Part shown: positions 1-9,585 of the stretch, in pieces
Numbering within the stretch: the stretch's first letter is position 1
How the letters are laid out: each line of letters starts with the position of its first letter
Virus record (IMG/VR): IMGVR_UViG_3300049136_000011
Span: 1-37,887 of that record
Reading direction: 5' to 3' (one strand)
Length of the DNA stretch: 37,887 nucleotides
Source of the DNA: a virus
Lineage: Duplodnaviria > Caudoviricetes
Translations under genes and position numbers: made by a program
The notes under the pieces: model-generated
Databases searched by the model: none
What the model saw: the letters and a program-made list of their open reading frames with translations, nothing else
What the model was told of the DNA's origin: nothing

Positions 1-36
1 GGTGTACGGGTTCCAAGACTTCTCGAGGGGGGCTTC

Positions 37-576
37 GTGCAGCCTGTTTGCCCTGTCTGCAGCGGCCCTGTGCCGCCCCGCGCTACACAGCCAGGCAGGC
101 CCCGGAAGTACTGCTCAAGCAAGTGCGGCAAGCGCGCGGCTCGTGATAGTGCGACACGGATCTGCGACAGGCCGGATTGCGCAAAGCCGGTCCGCGCTAA
201 GGGTCTGTGTGGGTATCACTACAGGGTTGAGTTCTACCCGGACGCTCGCGAGCGGTGGCCGGAGAATCCAGAGAAGCGGCGAGCGAATCTGCGACGGAAG
301 ACGCAGCTTCGTCGCGCTCGGCTCCGTGATCCAGAGGCGGTGCCGATCAATAGGGATGACATCGGCGAACGCGATGGTTGGCGATGCGGCCTGTGCTGTA
401 AGAAGGTTGACCCCAGGCTGGCTTGGCCGCATCCAATGGGGCCTTCACTTGACCACATTGAGCCGCTATCGCTCGGTGGCAAGCATGTTCCGGAGAACGT
501 GCAGATCACTCACCTTGCCTGCAACATGGCGAAGGGAAACCGGGGCGGTGGCGAACAGCTACTGCTGATCGGTTAG
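37..576 (+). CDS. HNH endonuclease with N-terminal Zn-finger motifs
   Basis: RDGWRCGLC...SLDHIEPLSLGGKHVPENVQITHLACNMAKGN HNH motif; CPVC, YCSSKC and CDRPDC...GLCGYHY fingers; directly upstream of terS. Confidence 0.92.
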   Translation: MQPVCPVCSGPVPPRATQPGRPRKYCSSKCGKRAARDSATRICDRPDCAKPVRAKGLCGYHYRVEFYPDARERWPENPEKRRANLRRKTQLRRARLRDPEAVPINRDDIGERDGWRCGLCCKKVDPRLAWPHPMGPSLDHIEPLSLGGKHVPENVQITHLACNMAKGNRGGGEQLLLIG

Positions 577-589
577 GAGGTGGAGCGCA

Positions 590-1030
590 ATGCCTGGACC
601 TGCACCAAAGTCCACTGATGCAACGCGGCGCCGCAATGCGCCGATGGCCAACACGGTTCACCTGCCGCCCGAGGGCCGCGCGGGCGAAGCCCCCGAGTGG
701 CCCCTACCTGGTGAAGCGCCGGATACATGGGGTGAACTGTGGAGCACGCCGCAGGCTGCGGCGTGGGAGCGGATGGGCTGGACTCGTGTTGTCGCCCGAT
801 ACGTTCACATCCTGTCGCTGTGTGAAGACCCTGAGTCCATGACCGCCGCGCTACTTGGTGAGGCTCGTCAAATGGAGGACCGCCTCGGACTAACGCCGAT
901 GTCCATGTTGCGGTTGCGGTGGGAAATTGCCCCCGACGAGGTGGCCGAGAAGCGCACCGAGAAGACGACCGCAAAGACGAAGGCCCGACGCCGGTTGAAG
1001 GTGGCTGACGATGCCGTGGCGGGGGGCTGA
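590..1030 (+). CDS. terS: Terminase small subunit
   Basis: MPGPAPK start, LWSTPQAAAW and RQMEDRLGLTPMSMLRLRW motifs typical of actinophage TerS; AGGAGG SD; position. Confidence 0.88.
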   Translation: MPGPAPKSTDATRRRNAPMANTVHLPPEGRAGEAPEWPLPGEAPDTWGELWSTPQAAAWERMGWTRVVARYVHILSLCEDPESMTAALLGEARQMEDRLGLTPMSMLRLRWEIAPDEVAEKRTEKTTAKTKARRRLKVADDAVAGG

Positions 1031-2000
1031 ATATCCCGGCGAGTTCCCAACTCTCGGGTGGGATGTCGGCGAATGGATCGAGGAGCACTGCGTCATCCCC
1101 GACCGTGAGCATGGTGGCCAGCCGTACAAACTCACGGATGAGATGTGGACGTTCCTCGCTCACCACTACCGACTGAAACTCGACGCCCGTGTGGGCCAGC
1201 TCGCCACCGCGTTCACCTATCGCCGCTCGATCCTGGTACGCCCGCAGAAGTGGGGCAAGGGTCCACTTACTGCGGCGATCATCTGTGCTGAGTCGCTCGG
1301 CCCTGTGGTCTTTGATGGATGGGACGCGGGTGGCGAGCCCGTTGGTCGAATGCTCGATACCCCACGTATCCAGATCGCGGCAACGACCGACGATCAGACC
1401 GACAACGTGTACGGCCACCTATTGCCGATGATCCAGCGCGGCCCCCTGAATGAGCTGATCCCCGACGCAGGTGTGACTCGGATCAACCTGCCTTACGGCG
1501 GGTGGATCGAGCCGGTGACATCCAAGGCCACGTCTCGCCTCGGTCAGCCGATCACCTGTGCAATTCAGGACGAGACCGGGCTTTGGCTCAAGACCAACGG
1601 TGGGCACCACTTGGCGCGCACACAGCGTCGTGGCCTCGCCGGCATGTCGGGCCGATCCATCGAGACGACGAACGCCTGGAACCCCGCCGAACTGTCGGTT
1701 GCGCAAATGGGCTTCGAGTCCAAAGTCAAGGATATCTACCGCGACTACCGGCAGCCGCCGGCGCACCTGTCCTACAGGAACAAGGCCGAGCGTCGCAAGA
1801 TCCACAGGCACGTCTACGGCGACTCTTGGTGGGTCGACCTGGATGCGATCGAGGCCGAAGCGGCCGAGATCCTTGAGACGGACCCTGCGGACGCCGAGCG
1901 GTTCTTTGGTAACCGTGTCGTGGCTGGTTCTGACGCCTGGTTGCCGGCTGGCCTCTGGGAGGGTTGTTATGCCGAAACCCTGGTTGCCCAACCCGCCTGA
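1011..2000 (+). CDS. terL: Terminase large subunit, ATPase domain
   Basis: Walker A-like RPQKWGKG, Walker B CAIQDE, motif III ETTNAW; ends before the nuclease domain. Confidence 0.9.
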   Translation: MPWRGAEYPGEFPTLGWDVGEWIEEHCVIPDREHGGQPYKLTDEMWTFLAHHYRLKLDARVGQLATAFTYRRSILVRPQKWGKGPLTAAIICAESLGPVVFDGWDAGGEPVGRMLDTPRIQIAATTDDQTDNVYGHLLPMIQRGPLNELIPDAGVTRINLPYGGWIEPVTSKATSRLGQPITCAIQDETGLWLKTNGGHHLARTQRRGLAGMSGRSIETTNAWNPAELSVAQMGFESKVKDIYRDYRQPPAHLSYRNKAERRKIHRHVYGDSWWVDLDAIEAEAAEILETDPADAERFFGNRVVAGSDAWLPAGLWEGCYAETLVAQPA

Positions 2001-2589
2001 CGGTACCGCGATCTGTCTCGGCTTCGACGGTTCGGATGTCGACGACTGGACCGCAATTCGCGCGGAGACTATCGATGGCTTCCAGTTCACGCCGCGCGTC
2101 ATCGGCGGCAGGGCTTCGATTTGGAACCCCGCAGAGCACCACGACCACCGCGTGCCTCGCACGGAGGTTCACGCGGCGCTCGAGGAAATTTTCGCCCGCT
2201 TCGACGTGTCGCGCCTCTACTACGACCCGCCTGGCTGGCAGTCGGAGGGTGAGGCGTGGGCGCTCAAGTTCGGCGAGGAGCGCGTCGTTGAGTGGCCGAC
2301 GTACTCCACGAAACGGATGCACGCCGCGCTAGAGCGGTTTGTGATCGACCTCCGCACGGGCGCCATCACCCACGATGGATGCCCTGACACGGAGCGCCAT
2401 ATTGCGTCCGCGGTGAAGGTGGGCCGCGGTCGTGACCAATACGGACTAGCCAAAGCATCCCGACTACAGAAGATCGACGCCGGAGTGACCACCGTTCTTG
2501 CACACGAAGCCGCTTGCGACGCCCGAGCCGCGGGTTGGGGCACTCCGCAGACCGCAGGCATCTCGACCACCATGTATGGCTTCAACTGA
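1969..2589 (+). CDS. terL: Terminase large subunit, nuclease domain (separate ORF)
   Basis: GGAGG 1958-1962 then ATG 1969; RNase H-like ICLGFDGSDVDDWTAI, YYDP and KIDAGV motifs. Confidence 0.85.
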   Translation: MPKPWLPNPPDGTAICLGFDGSDVDDWTAIRAETIDGFQFTPRVIGGRASIWNPAEHHDHRVPRTEVHAALEEIFARFDVSRLYYDPPGWQSEGEAWALKFGEERVVEWPTYSTKRMHAALERFVIDLRTGAITHDGCPDTERHIASAVKVGRGRDQYGLAKASRLQKIDAGVTTVLAHEAACDARAAGWGTPQTAGISTTMYGFN

Positions 2590-2603
2590 CGCTAGGAGGT
2601 GTC

Positions 2604-4094
2604 GTGGACGAGACGACTGCCCGCGATTACCTCGCTAGGGGCCTGTACGAGATCAGCAAGAAGGCTGTGGACTGGAAGCGTCGAGAGGACTACTACCGGG
2701 GCGACCAAGACCTGCCCTTTGCGCCGGAAGGCGTGAACCAGGAGTACCTGTCGCTGCGCGAGCAGTCGGTCGCCAACTGGCTTGGCCTCGCGATGGATGC
2801 CCCGATCCAGCGTTGCCGCGCTGACGGGTTCCGCACTGGCCGGGACTCCGACGCGGACTTGACGACGTGGAACGAGGTTTGGCAGCCGAACAAGCTCGAC
2901 TCACGGCAGCGGATCGTCTACTCGCAAATGGTCATTCACGGGCGCGGCATCATGTCGGTTTGGCCGAACAAGCGGAATCGCAAGTCGCCGAAAATCTCTG
3001 TCGAGAACGGCAAGCGCGTTCACCTAGAGATGGACCCGGAGGACCCGTTCACTGTGAAGTGGACGGTCAAGACGTTCCAACTCTCTGCGCCCCCCCCGTC
3101 CGGCCTTTGGGTTCCCCCCGCGGCCGACATGCGCCGGCCAGTTGATGTCGCCGTGGTCTATGACGACGAGAACTGGATGCGCTTTGAGAAGGTCGGGGGT
3201 GTCGCTGGGACGGAGTTCATCCCCGGCAACTGGGAATACAAGGATGGCGGCAAGAACCCGCTTGGCGAGTCGCCCTTCGTGGCGTTCGACAACCGCGTCG
3301 ACGCCGACGGCAATCCGTACTCAGCGCTTGAGCCGCTCATGCCGGCGCAGGACGCGATCAACACGATCCGGTTCAACACGCTGCTTGCGATGCAGTTCTC
3401 AGCATTCCGCCAGCGCGTGTTCACCGGCTACGACCCCGTGCAGCGGGACACGCAGGGCAACCCTGTTTGGCAGAAGAACGCGGACGGTACTGACAAGCTC
3501 GACAGTAACGGCCAGAAGATGCCGGTTCTCAACTCCACAGGCCGCGTAGGCGTGGATCGGGCGCTCGTGTTCCCCGGCAAGGACACCAAGGTCTTTGACC
3601 TTCCCGAGTCCAATCTGAGCAACTACATCAACGTGCTCGGCGAATTCCTAACGCAGTTGTTCGCAGTGGGCCAGATCCCGCCGCAGTACCTCCTTTCCCG
3701 CATGGCGAACCTGTCGGGCGACGCGCTCGCGGGCGCAGAGTCAACACTGGCCTCGCTTGTGTCGGAGTTGCAGCAGTGGATGGGTGAATCGCTTGAGCAG
3801 GTCATGCGCCTCGCCAACGTTGCCCGCGGCGAGGATGCTCCCGACCTTGCGTCCGAGGTCATCTGGGCCGACGCCGAGGCGCGGTCGTTTGCGCAGACCA
3901 TCGACGCGATCACCAAGCTGATCTCGGTCACGTTCCCGCGCGAGGCAGCGTTTGAACTCATCCCGGGCGCGACGCCGCAGAAGGTGCAGCGGTGGATGGA
4001 CATGAGCGCCGACGAGGAAGCCTTGCTTGCCGCGCGCTCAGTGAAGGCCATCGTGGACGCCGAGGACGCCAACCGTGTTGACAACGGCTCGTGA
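2604..4094 (+). CDS. Portal protein (SPP1 gp6-like)
   Basis: AGGAGG then GTG 2604; YYRGDQDL, NWLGLAMD, NLSGDAL and VIWADAEARS motifs; follows the terminase. Confidence 0.93.
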   Translation: MDETTARDYLARGLYEISKKAVDWKRREDYYRGDQDLPFAPEGVNQEYLSLREQSVANWLGLAMDAPIQRCRADGFRTGRDSDADLTTWNEVWQPNKLDSRQRIVYSQMVIHGRGIMSVWPNKRNRKSPKISVENGKRVHLEMDPEDPFTVKWTVKTFQLSAPPPSGLWVPPAADMRRPVDVAVVYDDENWMRFEKVGGVAGTEFIPGNWEYKDGGKNPLGESPFVAFDNRVDADGNPYSALEPLMPAQDAINTIRFNTLLAMQFSAFRQRVFTGYDPVQRDTQGNPVWQKNADGTDKLDSNGQKMPVLNSTGRVGVDRALVFPGKDTKVFDLPESNLSNYINVLGEFLTQLFAVGQIPPQYLLSRMANLSGDALAGAESTLASLVSELQQWMGESLEQVMRLANVARGEDAPDLASEVIWADAEARSFAQTIDAITKLISVTFPREAAFELIPGATPQKVQRWMDMSADEEALLAARSVKAIVDAEDANRVDNGS

Positions 4095-4833
4095 GGAGTA
4101 CCGCAAGCAGCAGCGGATCACGGCGCTAGGGGTCATACAGGCACGCAGGGTCGCCTCTCGCGGCCCAAGGGCAGTGGCTCAGGTGGTTGCCGTCTATCAA
4201 CTCGCTTCGGTCGGCCTTGCGCTCGATTCCGGCGCTCGGGAACTTGACGAGCAGGGCATCGACGCGCCGCCCGAGGGTCGCGTAAACCAGGCTGCGCTTC
4301 TCACGGGTGCTGCTGCTGCAGAGATGGCCGAGAAGGCGACCACCGGTTACGCACTCGACCGCCTGGTGCGGACGCTCATCACCGACGCGAACCGAACCGC
4401 CAAGACGGTCGACATGGGGCGCCGTCCGGCGCTAACCGGCCACGTTCGACACCTCAACGCGCCGAGTTGTCCGCGCTGTGCGGTGCTCGCGGGCCGCGTC
4501 TACCGCTGGTCGACCGGCTTCCAGCGGCATCCCGGCTGCGACTGCCTCATGGTTCCGACCACTCTTGCCGCAGGTGCCGAGCACATCACCAACCCGAACA
4601 CAGCGTTCGAGCGCGGCGAGATTCACGGACTATCCAAGGCTGACGCGGACCTAATTCGCGAAGGTGCGGACATCTCCCAGGTCGTGAACGTCCGACGCAA
4701 GGGCGCCGGACTCATTGAGGGCTCGAGCGTCATTGAGCGCGCTGGCCGCCTCACTCCCGCAGGCATCTACCGCATTGCCAGTGACCGAGCCGAAGTGCTG
4801 ACACTGATGCGTCGCTTCGGTTATCTCACCTAA
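4075..4833 (+). CDS. MuF-like head morphogenesis / capsid maturation protein
   Basis: CPRCAVLAGR...FQRHPGCDC motif; between portal and scaffold. Confidence 0.75.
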   Translation: MLTTAREEYRKQQRITALGVIQARRVASRGPRAVAQVVAVYQLASVGLALDSGARELDEQGIDAPPEGRVNQAALLTGAAAAEMAEKATTGYALDRLVRTLITDANRTAKTVDMGRRPALTGHVRHLNAPSCPRCAVLAGRVYRWSTGFQRHPGCDCLMVPTTLAAGAEHITNPNTAFERGEIHGLSKADADLIREGADISQVVNVRRKGAGLIEGSSVIERAGRLTPAGIYRIASDRAEVLTLMRRFGYLT

Positions 4834-4900
4834 ATCTCCCGCCGTGTTCTGCGGTGGTGTGCGTGACGACTGCGCTCTCAGTCGGCCATGAGGAGTAACC

Positions 4901-5587
4901 ATGCGGAATGCATCACTGAGGCCACGCATCCTCGGTTATCGAAGGAATGGCGCACCGATCTGGTCGATCGCAGGGGCGTCGCCCGACGATCCCAGCAACG
5001 ACCCCGCGCCATCAAGCGACCCGACCCCAGACCCGACTCCTATTGATTTGCCAGTTGACGCCGGCAAGACGTTCACTCAGGCCGACGTGGATCGGATCAT
5101 CCAGGGCCGGCTGTCGAAGTACGCCGACTACGACCAGATCAAGCAACAGGTCGCTGAACTACAACCTCTGCAGGAGCAGTTCAGCGCGATCGCCAAGGTC
5201 TTCGGTGTCGGCAACGATGACTCCCCGCCCGACCCGGCGAAGCTGACCGAGCAGTTGACCGCCGAACAGGCTCGTGCTCGCGAGGCCGCCGTGCAGCTCG
5301 CTGTCTACCGCAATGCTGGCGCGAATGGGGCGAACCCCGACGCACTGCTTGACTCCGCGTCATTCCTCCGCTCGGTAGCTGAGGTGGACCCGAATGACAC
5401 CGCCGCAGTCGCTACAGCAATCAAGGTGGCGGTCGAGGCGAACCCGGTACTCAAGGCAGCCGACGACACCCCGACTCCCGGACAGGCCGGAATTGGCGTG
5501 ACCGGAGGCGGGCGAGGTTCGAGTGACCCTCGCACCGCCGACCTCGCACAAATCGAAGCAGACCTCGCGGCCGCCAAGCGTCGCTAG
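4901..5587 (+). CDS. Capsid scaffolding protein
   Basis: Pro/Asp-rich N-terminus, KTFTQADVDRII and KYADYD motifs, coiled coil; precedes capsid. Confidence 0.85.
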   Translation: MRNASLRPRILGYRRNGAPIWSIAGASPDDPSNDPAPSSDPTPDPTPIDLPVDAGKTFTQADVDRIIQGRLSKYADYDQIKQQVAELQPLQEQFSAIAKVFGVGNDDSPPDPAKLTEQLTAEQARAREAAVQLAVYRNAGANGANPDALLDSASFLRSVAEVDPNDTAAVATAIKVAVEANPVLKAADDTPTPGQAGIGVTGGGRGSSDPRTADLAQIEADLAAAKRR

Positions 5588-5639
5588 GCACACCCCGACA
5601 GCGCGTCGCTGAGGGGTCAACCAGAAAGGAACCATCACC

Positions 5640-6587
5640 ATGGCGATGACCCTCGCCGACGCGCAGACCGTCTCTCCGGACCCCCGCGTCCCGGGCGTTC
5701 TGCGCGTCCTGCAGACCAGCAACGTGCTGAACCGGACCCCGTTTGAGGACGTGGCCGGCGGCGCTTTCACCTACAACCAGGAGGCGACCCTCCCGGCTTC
5801 CGCGTTCCGTGCCGTCAACGCTGGCTACACCGAGTCGACCGGCACGCACACCACCGCAACCGAGTCGCTTGTAATCCTCGGTGGCGAGTACGTGGTCGAC
5901 CGCTTCCTTGAGCGCACGCGCTCTGGTGGCATCGGCTCGCTCGTGGCCGAGCAGCGCGACATGAAGGCCCGCTCGGTGGCTGCCAAGTACGGCGACGCGT
6001 TCTTCAACGGCGACACCGCCGTGGACGCCAACTCGTTCAACGGCCTCAAGAAGCGCCTCACTGGCGCGCAGGTGCTCTCCTCGGGCGCTAATGGCGCGGC
6101 GATCAACACCGATGACGCAACCCGCACGGCGTTCTTCAACCGGCTCGACGAGCTGCTGGCCATCGTGCCGGGCGTAAGCGCGATCTACACGAACCGACAG
6201 GTTATCGCGCAGATCCGCATCGCGTTCCGCAACGCCACGATTCAGAACATGACGATCGACGACCTGACCGGCCGTCCCGTCGAGGTGCCGACCTGGCAGG
6301 GCGTTCCGATTCTGGATGCCGGCAACAAGGCCGACCAGACGCAGATCCTCCCGCAGACGGAGACTGCTGGAACGTCGACCAACACGTCGAGCATCTACGC
6401 CGTCCGCTACACCGACAACCTCGGTGAGCAGGGCGTGGTCGGCCTGACCAACGGCGGGCTGCAGGTTGACCCGCCGCGCGAGCTTGAGACGAAGCCGGCC
6501 TACATGGGTCGGATCGAGTTCTACACGGGCCTGGCGTTGCTGGGCCCGAACCCCGCTGCGCGTCTGACCGGTGTCATCGCCGCCTGA
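5640..6587 (+). CDS. Major capsid protein
   Basis: 315 aa after the scaffold; FRAVNAGY, FFNGD...FNGLKKR and AARLTGV motifs; strongly biased codons; AAAGGA SD. Confidence 0.92.
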   Translation: MAMTLADAQTVSPDPRVPGVLRVLQTSNVLNRTPFEDVAGGAFTYNQEATLPASAFRAVNAGYTESTGTHTTATESLVILGGEYVVDRFLERTRSGGIGSLVAEQRDMKARSVAAKYGDAFFNGDTAVDANSFNGLKKRLTGAQVLSSGANGAAINTDDATRTAFFNRLDELLAIVPGVSAIYTNRQVIAQIRIAFRNATIQNMTIDDLTGRPVEVPTWQGVPILDAGNKADQTQILPQTETAGTSTNTSSIYAVRYTDNLGEQGVVGLTNGGLQVDPPRELETKPAYMGRIEFYTGLALLGPNPAARLTGVIAA

Positions 6588-6611
6588 CGCATCACCTGAA
6601 AGGAACCCCCA

Positions 6612-6818
6612 ATGCCCGCTGCAACCAAGTCCAAGGTCGACGCCGACGCGATCCGTCACGAGGAGTTTTGTCTCCCGCGACCGGGAGCGGGGGAGCCGCG
6701 GGTGGAGGGGTTCATCGCATACGAGGACGACGCGCAGACCGGCCGTACCCGGCCGGCTGCCGTCGTTACTCGCTGCCTCGAGTGTGGGGCGGCTTCATAC
6801 AAGCGCCAGACCGACTGA
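6612..6818 (+). CDS. Hypothetical head-region protein
   Basis: AAAGGA SD; 68 aa with HEEFC...RCLECG. Confidence 0.7.
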   Translation: MPAATKSKVDADAIRHEEFCLPRPGAGEPRVEGFIAYEDDAQTGRTRPAAVVTRCLECGAASYKRQTD

Positions 6819-6832
6819 GGAGAAGAACTGTC

Positions 6833-7174
6833 ATGGCAGAAGCGAAGAAGAACGACGAGACCCTAAAGCACAGCGAGGGTGGTGCAACCACGCGCGACGA
6901 CGCCCTCGATTCCGGCGTCCCCATGCTCGCGGGTGACCCGTCCGAGCCCGTCGGGCCGGAAGACGCGCTCGGCTCCGGCAAGAAGCGCGGCGACTACTCG
7001 AAGGTGATTGGCGGACGGGAGTTCTACGCCTCTGTGCCGAACCCCAACCACGACGCCACTGACCCGAACTCTCCCGCCTACGTGCTGGTTCACCAGAACC
7101 CGCTCGTTGAGCAGCGCGGGGATGACAAGGGCGTCAAGGGTGGCACCAAGCCGCTCGCTGACGAAGTGAAGTAA
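6833..7174 (+). CDS. Hypothetical head-region protein
   Basis: GAGGAG SD, ATG 6833 (MAEAKK...). Confidence 0.75.
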   Translation: MAEAKKNDETLKHSEGGATTRDDALDSGVPMLAGDPSEPVGPEDALGSGKKRGDYSKVIGGREFYASVPNPNHDATDPNSPAYVLVHQNPLVEQRGDDKGVKGGTKPLADEVK

Positions 7175-7197
7175 CCCCACCTAGGTAGGAGGCCAGC

Positions 7198-7554
7198 ATG
7201 GCGATCATCACAACGGCCGACCTGGCCTCCTACCTGCGCGACATATCGGTTGCCGCAGATGAGTCCGCGGCACTCTATGTCGACATGGCGAACGGCCTTG
7301 TCGAAGATGTCACCGGAATGCTTGATCCCATTCCGACACGGGTCAAGGCAATCACGCTCGAAGTTGCTGCCAGGGCGTGGCGCAACCCGAATGGTTACTC
7401 GTCGGAGACCGTCGACGACTACACGTACCGCCGTGATGCGGACACCCGTGCGGCTGGCGTGTACCTCACCGAATCGGAGCGCATGGAACTGCAGGGCGTG
7501 GGTGTCCCGTTGGCCGGCTTCTACTCTGTGGACCTCGGGACTCCGGCGCCGTGA
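7198..7554 (+). CDS. Head-to-tail adaptor
   Basis: RAWRNPNGYSSETVDDYTY...GVYLTESE motif typical of actinophage adaptors. Confidence 0.85.
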   Translation: MAIITTADLASYLRDISVAADESAALYVDMANGLVEDVTGMLDPIPTRVKAITLEVAARAWRNPNGYSSETVDDYTYRRDADTRAAGVYLTESERMELQGVGVPLAGFYSVDLGTPAP

Positions 7555-7955
7555 ACGTCACTGCCGCACTGCTGTCCGGCCGACGCAGCGCTGAGTCGCT
7601 GATGACCGACACCGTGGCAATCACCTACCCCACGGGCGACACAACGATCGACGAGACCACGGGCAGCGAGACCCCCGTCTACGCCACCCGCTTCACCTCC
7701 AAATGCAAGATCCAGACCCGCACCCTCCAGGCACGTCAGGAGGAAGTCGGGGGCCGGACAGCGACGACGGTCACGGTCGAGCTGCACCTGCCCGTCTCGG
7801 CGGGCGCTGTCGAGGTCGGCGACGTTGCAGAGATCACCGCTGTTGGCGCCCTGTCCGATGTGCAACTGCTCGGGCGCAAGTTCCGGGTAATCGCTCCGGT
7901 CGCGAAGTCGTTTGCGACCGCACGTCGGCTCGATGTCGAGGAGATCGTCTCGTGA
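7551..7955 (+). CDS. Head-to-tail stopper (DUF6093-like)
   Basis: GRRSAESLMTD, KCKIQ, ELHLPV and KSFATARR motifs; GTGA overlap. Confidence 0.8.
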   Translation: MNVTAALLSGRRSAESLMTDTVAITYPTGDTTIDETTGSETPVYATRFTSKCKIQTRTLQARQEEVGGRTATTVTVELHLPVSAGAVEVGDVAEITAVGALSDVQLLGRKFRVIAPVAKSFATARRLDVEEIVS

Positions 7956-8329
7956 ACCTTGATGACCGCGAACTCCGCGCACTCGCCGCTGACCTCTCCG
8001 CCGTCTCTGGTCGCACACTTGGAACGGTTCGCGCTGCCTACACCGAAGGCGCCGAACGCATCACTGCCGAGTGGCGCGCGAACGCCAAAGAGACCTCCGG
8101 TGTCCACGGCAAGCACTACCCCGCATCGATCACCTGGCAGGAACGATTCTCCACGAATCTCGAGTTCGAGATCGGCCCTGAGAATGGAATGCCGCAGGGC
8201 CGCATGGGTCCGGGCTTCGAGTATGGCTCTGTCAACCAAGATCCGCACCTCGACGGTAACCGCGCAGCCGACAAGCTCGAGCCGGTGATCGCGCGCATGA
8301 TCGGCATCGCCGCTGAGGGCATGTTCTGA
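7952..8329 (+). CDS. HK97 gp10-like neck/tail completion protein
   Basis: GTGA overlap; EIGP...FEYGSVNQDPH motif. Confidence 0.7.
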   Translation: MNLDDRELRALAADLSAVSGRTLGTVRAAYTEGAERITAEWRANAKETSGVHGKHYPASITWQERFSTNLEFEIGPENGMPQGRMGPGFEYGSVNQDPHLDGNRAADKLEPVIARMIGIAAEGMF

Positions 8330-8715
8330 TGCGCCCCACACTGGCCGCCTTCCGTGCCGCACTCACCGCGCAGGGCGTGACCGTCTACGCCGCAGGGAAG
8401 GTTCCCGCCTCTCCGTCATACCCGTACCTCGTCACGTTCGCCTCGACGCCAACCCCGGCCGACTACAGCCATGCCGCGACGTCGGCCGCGAAGCAGTGGC
8501 GGATCGCGACGATGTATGTCGCCACCTCGGAGGACTCCGGGCTATGGCTCGCCGAGAAGGCCGAGGCTGCGCTGCTCGACCAGCGGCTCACGATCGCAGG
8601 CCTGTCCTGCTCGCGGATCAAGCGGCAGCCCGGTCCCCCGTTCCGTCGCGACCCTGACGCCGAGGGTGTCGTCGTCGCCACCGATGTGTGGTCGTTCGTC
8701 ACCACGGCCGCCTGA
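8329..8715 (+). CDS. Tail terminator
   Basis: VP...PYLV motif; position before the major tail gene; TGATG overlap. Confidence 0.75.
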   Translation: MRPTLAAFRAALTAQGVTVYAAGKVPASPSYPYLVTFASTPTPADYSHAATSAAKQWRIATMYVATSEDSGLWLAEKAEAALLDQRLTIAGLSCSRIKRQPGPPFRRDPDAEGVVVATDVWSFVTTAA

Positions 8716-8748
8716 TCTACCCACACCGCACACATCAAGGAGTTCGCC

Positions 8749-8928
8749 ATGTCCCTCGTTCGCGTCTACGACAACGAGCGCAAGGTCGAGTACACGATCG
8801 GATCGCGCGCCGCAGAGGCCAGTGACCACCTCAAGGTGCTCGATAACGAGCCCGCCGAGCGGGACGGCCGCGCGCTGCCCGCCTCGGAACCCAAGACGTC
8901 CGCCAAGAAGGCGGCATCCGGCTCATAG
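8749..8928 (+). CDS. Small hypothetical protein, 59 aa (not in ORF track)
   Basis: AAGGAG SD; MSLVRVYDNERKVEYTIGS...KKAASGS*. Confidence 0.7.
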   Translation: MSLVRVYDNERKVEYTIGSRAAEASDHLKVLDNEPAERDGRALPASEPKTSAKKAASGS

Positions 8929-8962
8929 CACGCCGGCACACAACACACACAAGGAGTAAGTC

Positions 8963-9490
8963 ATGCCTGTTGTGACACCTGACGGCGTGCAGGCCGAAGG
9001 AAATGTCAAGGTCTGGTTCGTCCCCGGAGGTGTAGCCAACCCGGCCTCGCCGAAGCTCACCGAACTCAATGCCACCACTACCGTCGACCTGTCTGGCTAC
9101 ATCAAGGGCGGCACGTTCACGCCGACCGCTGAGCAGGCGACCGGCGACGACCGCCGCCTCGCATCCCGTGAGACCTATCAGGTTCTAGGGCGCGTCACCC
9201 GTGGGTTCGACGACGTGCAGTACGTCTACGACCCGCAGAACACCGACCCGACCACCAATAAGGCCTACAACACTCTCGAGGAGGGTGTCACGGGCGACAT
9301 CGTTGTCCGCTGGGGTATCGACGCGGCCACCGACGCGGCCACGGACCATCTGGTCGACGTCACGCCAGTCGAGATGGGCGCTCAGCGCAAGATCGGTCCC
9401 GCCGAGAACGACGAGTTTGCACGTCTGGTCATCGGCCAGAAGTGGGGCGTCACGGGTCCGACCAACGTGGACGTCGCCCTCGTCCTCTAG
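8963..9490 (+). CDS. Major tail protein
   Basis: GNVKVWFVP, P-x-L-x-EL, VDLSGYI, DRRL, YVYDPQ and IVVRWG motifs; AAGGAG SD. Confidence 0.88.
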   Translation: MPVVTPDGVQAEGNVKVWFVPGGVANPASPKLTELNATTTVDLSGYIKGGTFTPTAEQATGDDRRLASRETYQVLGRVTRGFDDVQYVYDPQNTDPTTNKAYNTLEEGVTGDIVVRWGIDAATDAATDHLVDVTPVEMGAQRKIGPAENDEFARLVIGQKWGVTGPTNVDVALVL

Positions 9491-9504
9491 TAGCACCCCC
9501 TGTC

Positions 9505-9575
9505 GGCCCCCCGCCTTTGGTGTCCGACAGACCCGAGGCGGGGGGTCATCTTCTTTCACTGTCGGGTCTGTCGGA
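9505..9575 (+). promoter_or_regulatory. Terminator-like hairpin with a competing helix over the next SD
   Basis: CCCCCCGCCT 9507-9516 pairs with AGGCGGGGGG 9536-9545, followed by TCATCTTCTTTC; 9523-9536 is the exact reverse complement of 9562-9575. Confidence 0.65.
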
Positions 9576-9585
9576 GGAGCATCAC

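Noticed and set aside
1558-1968. N-terminal part of the 343-aa ORF in the track
   Set aside because: Overlaps the TerL ATPase in another frame with non-protein-like composition; the SD supports a start at 1969
5593-5617. Small hairpin between scaffold and capsid genes (similar one at 15049-15078)
   Set aside because: Short imperfect GC stems are common in this context and no alternative pairing was evident
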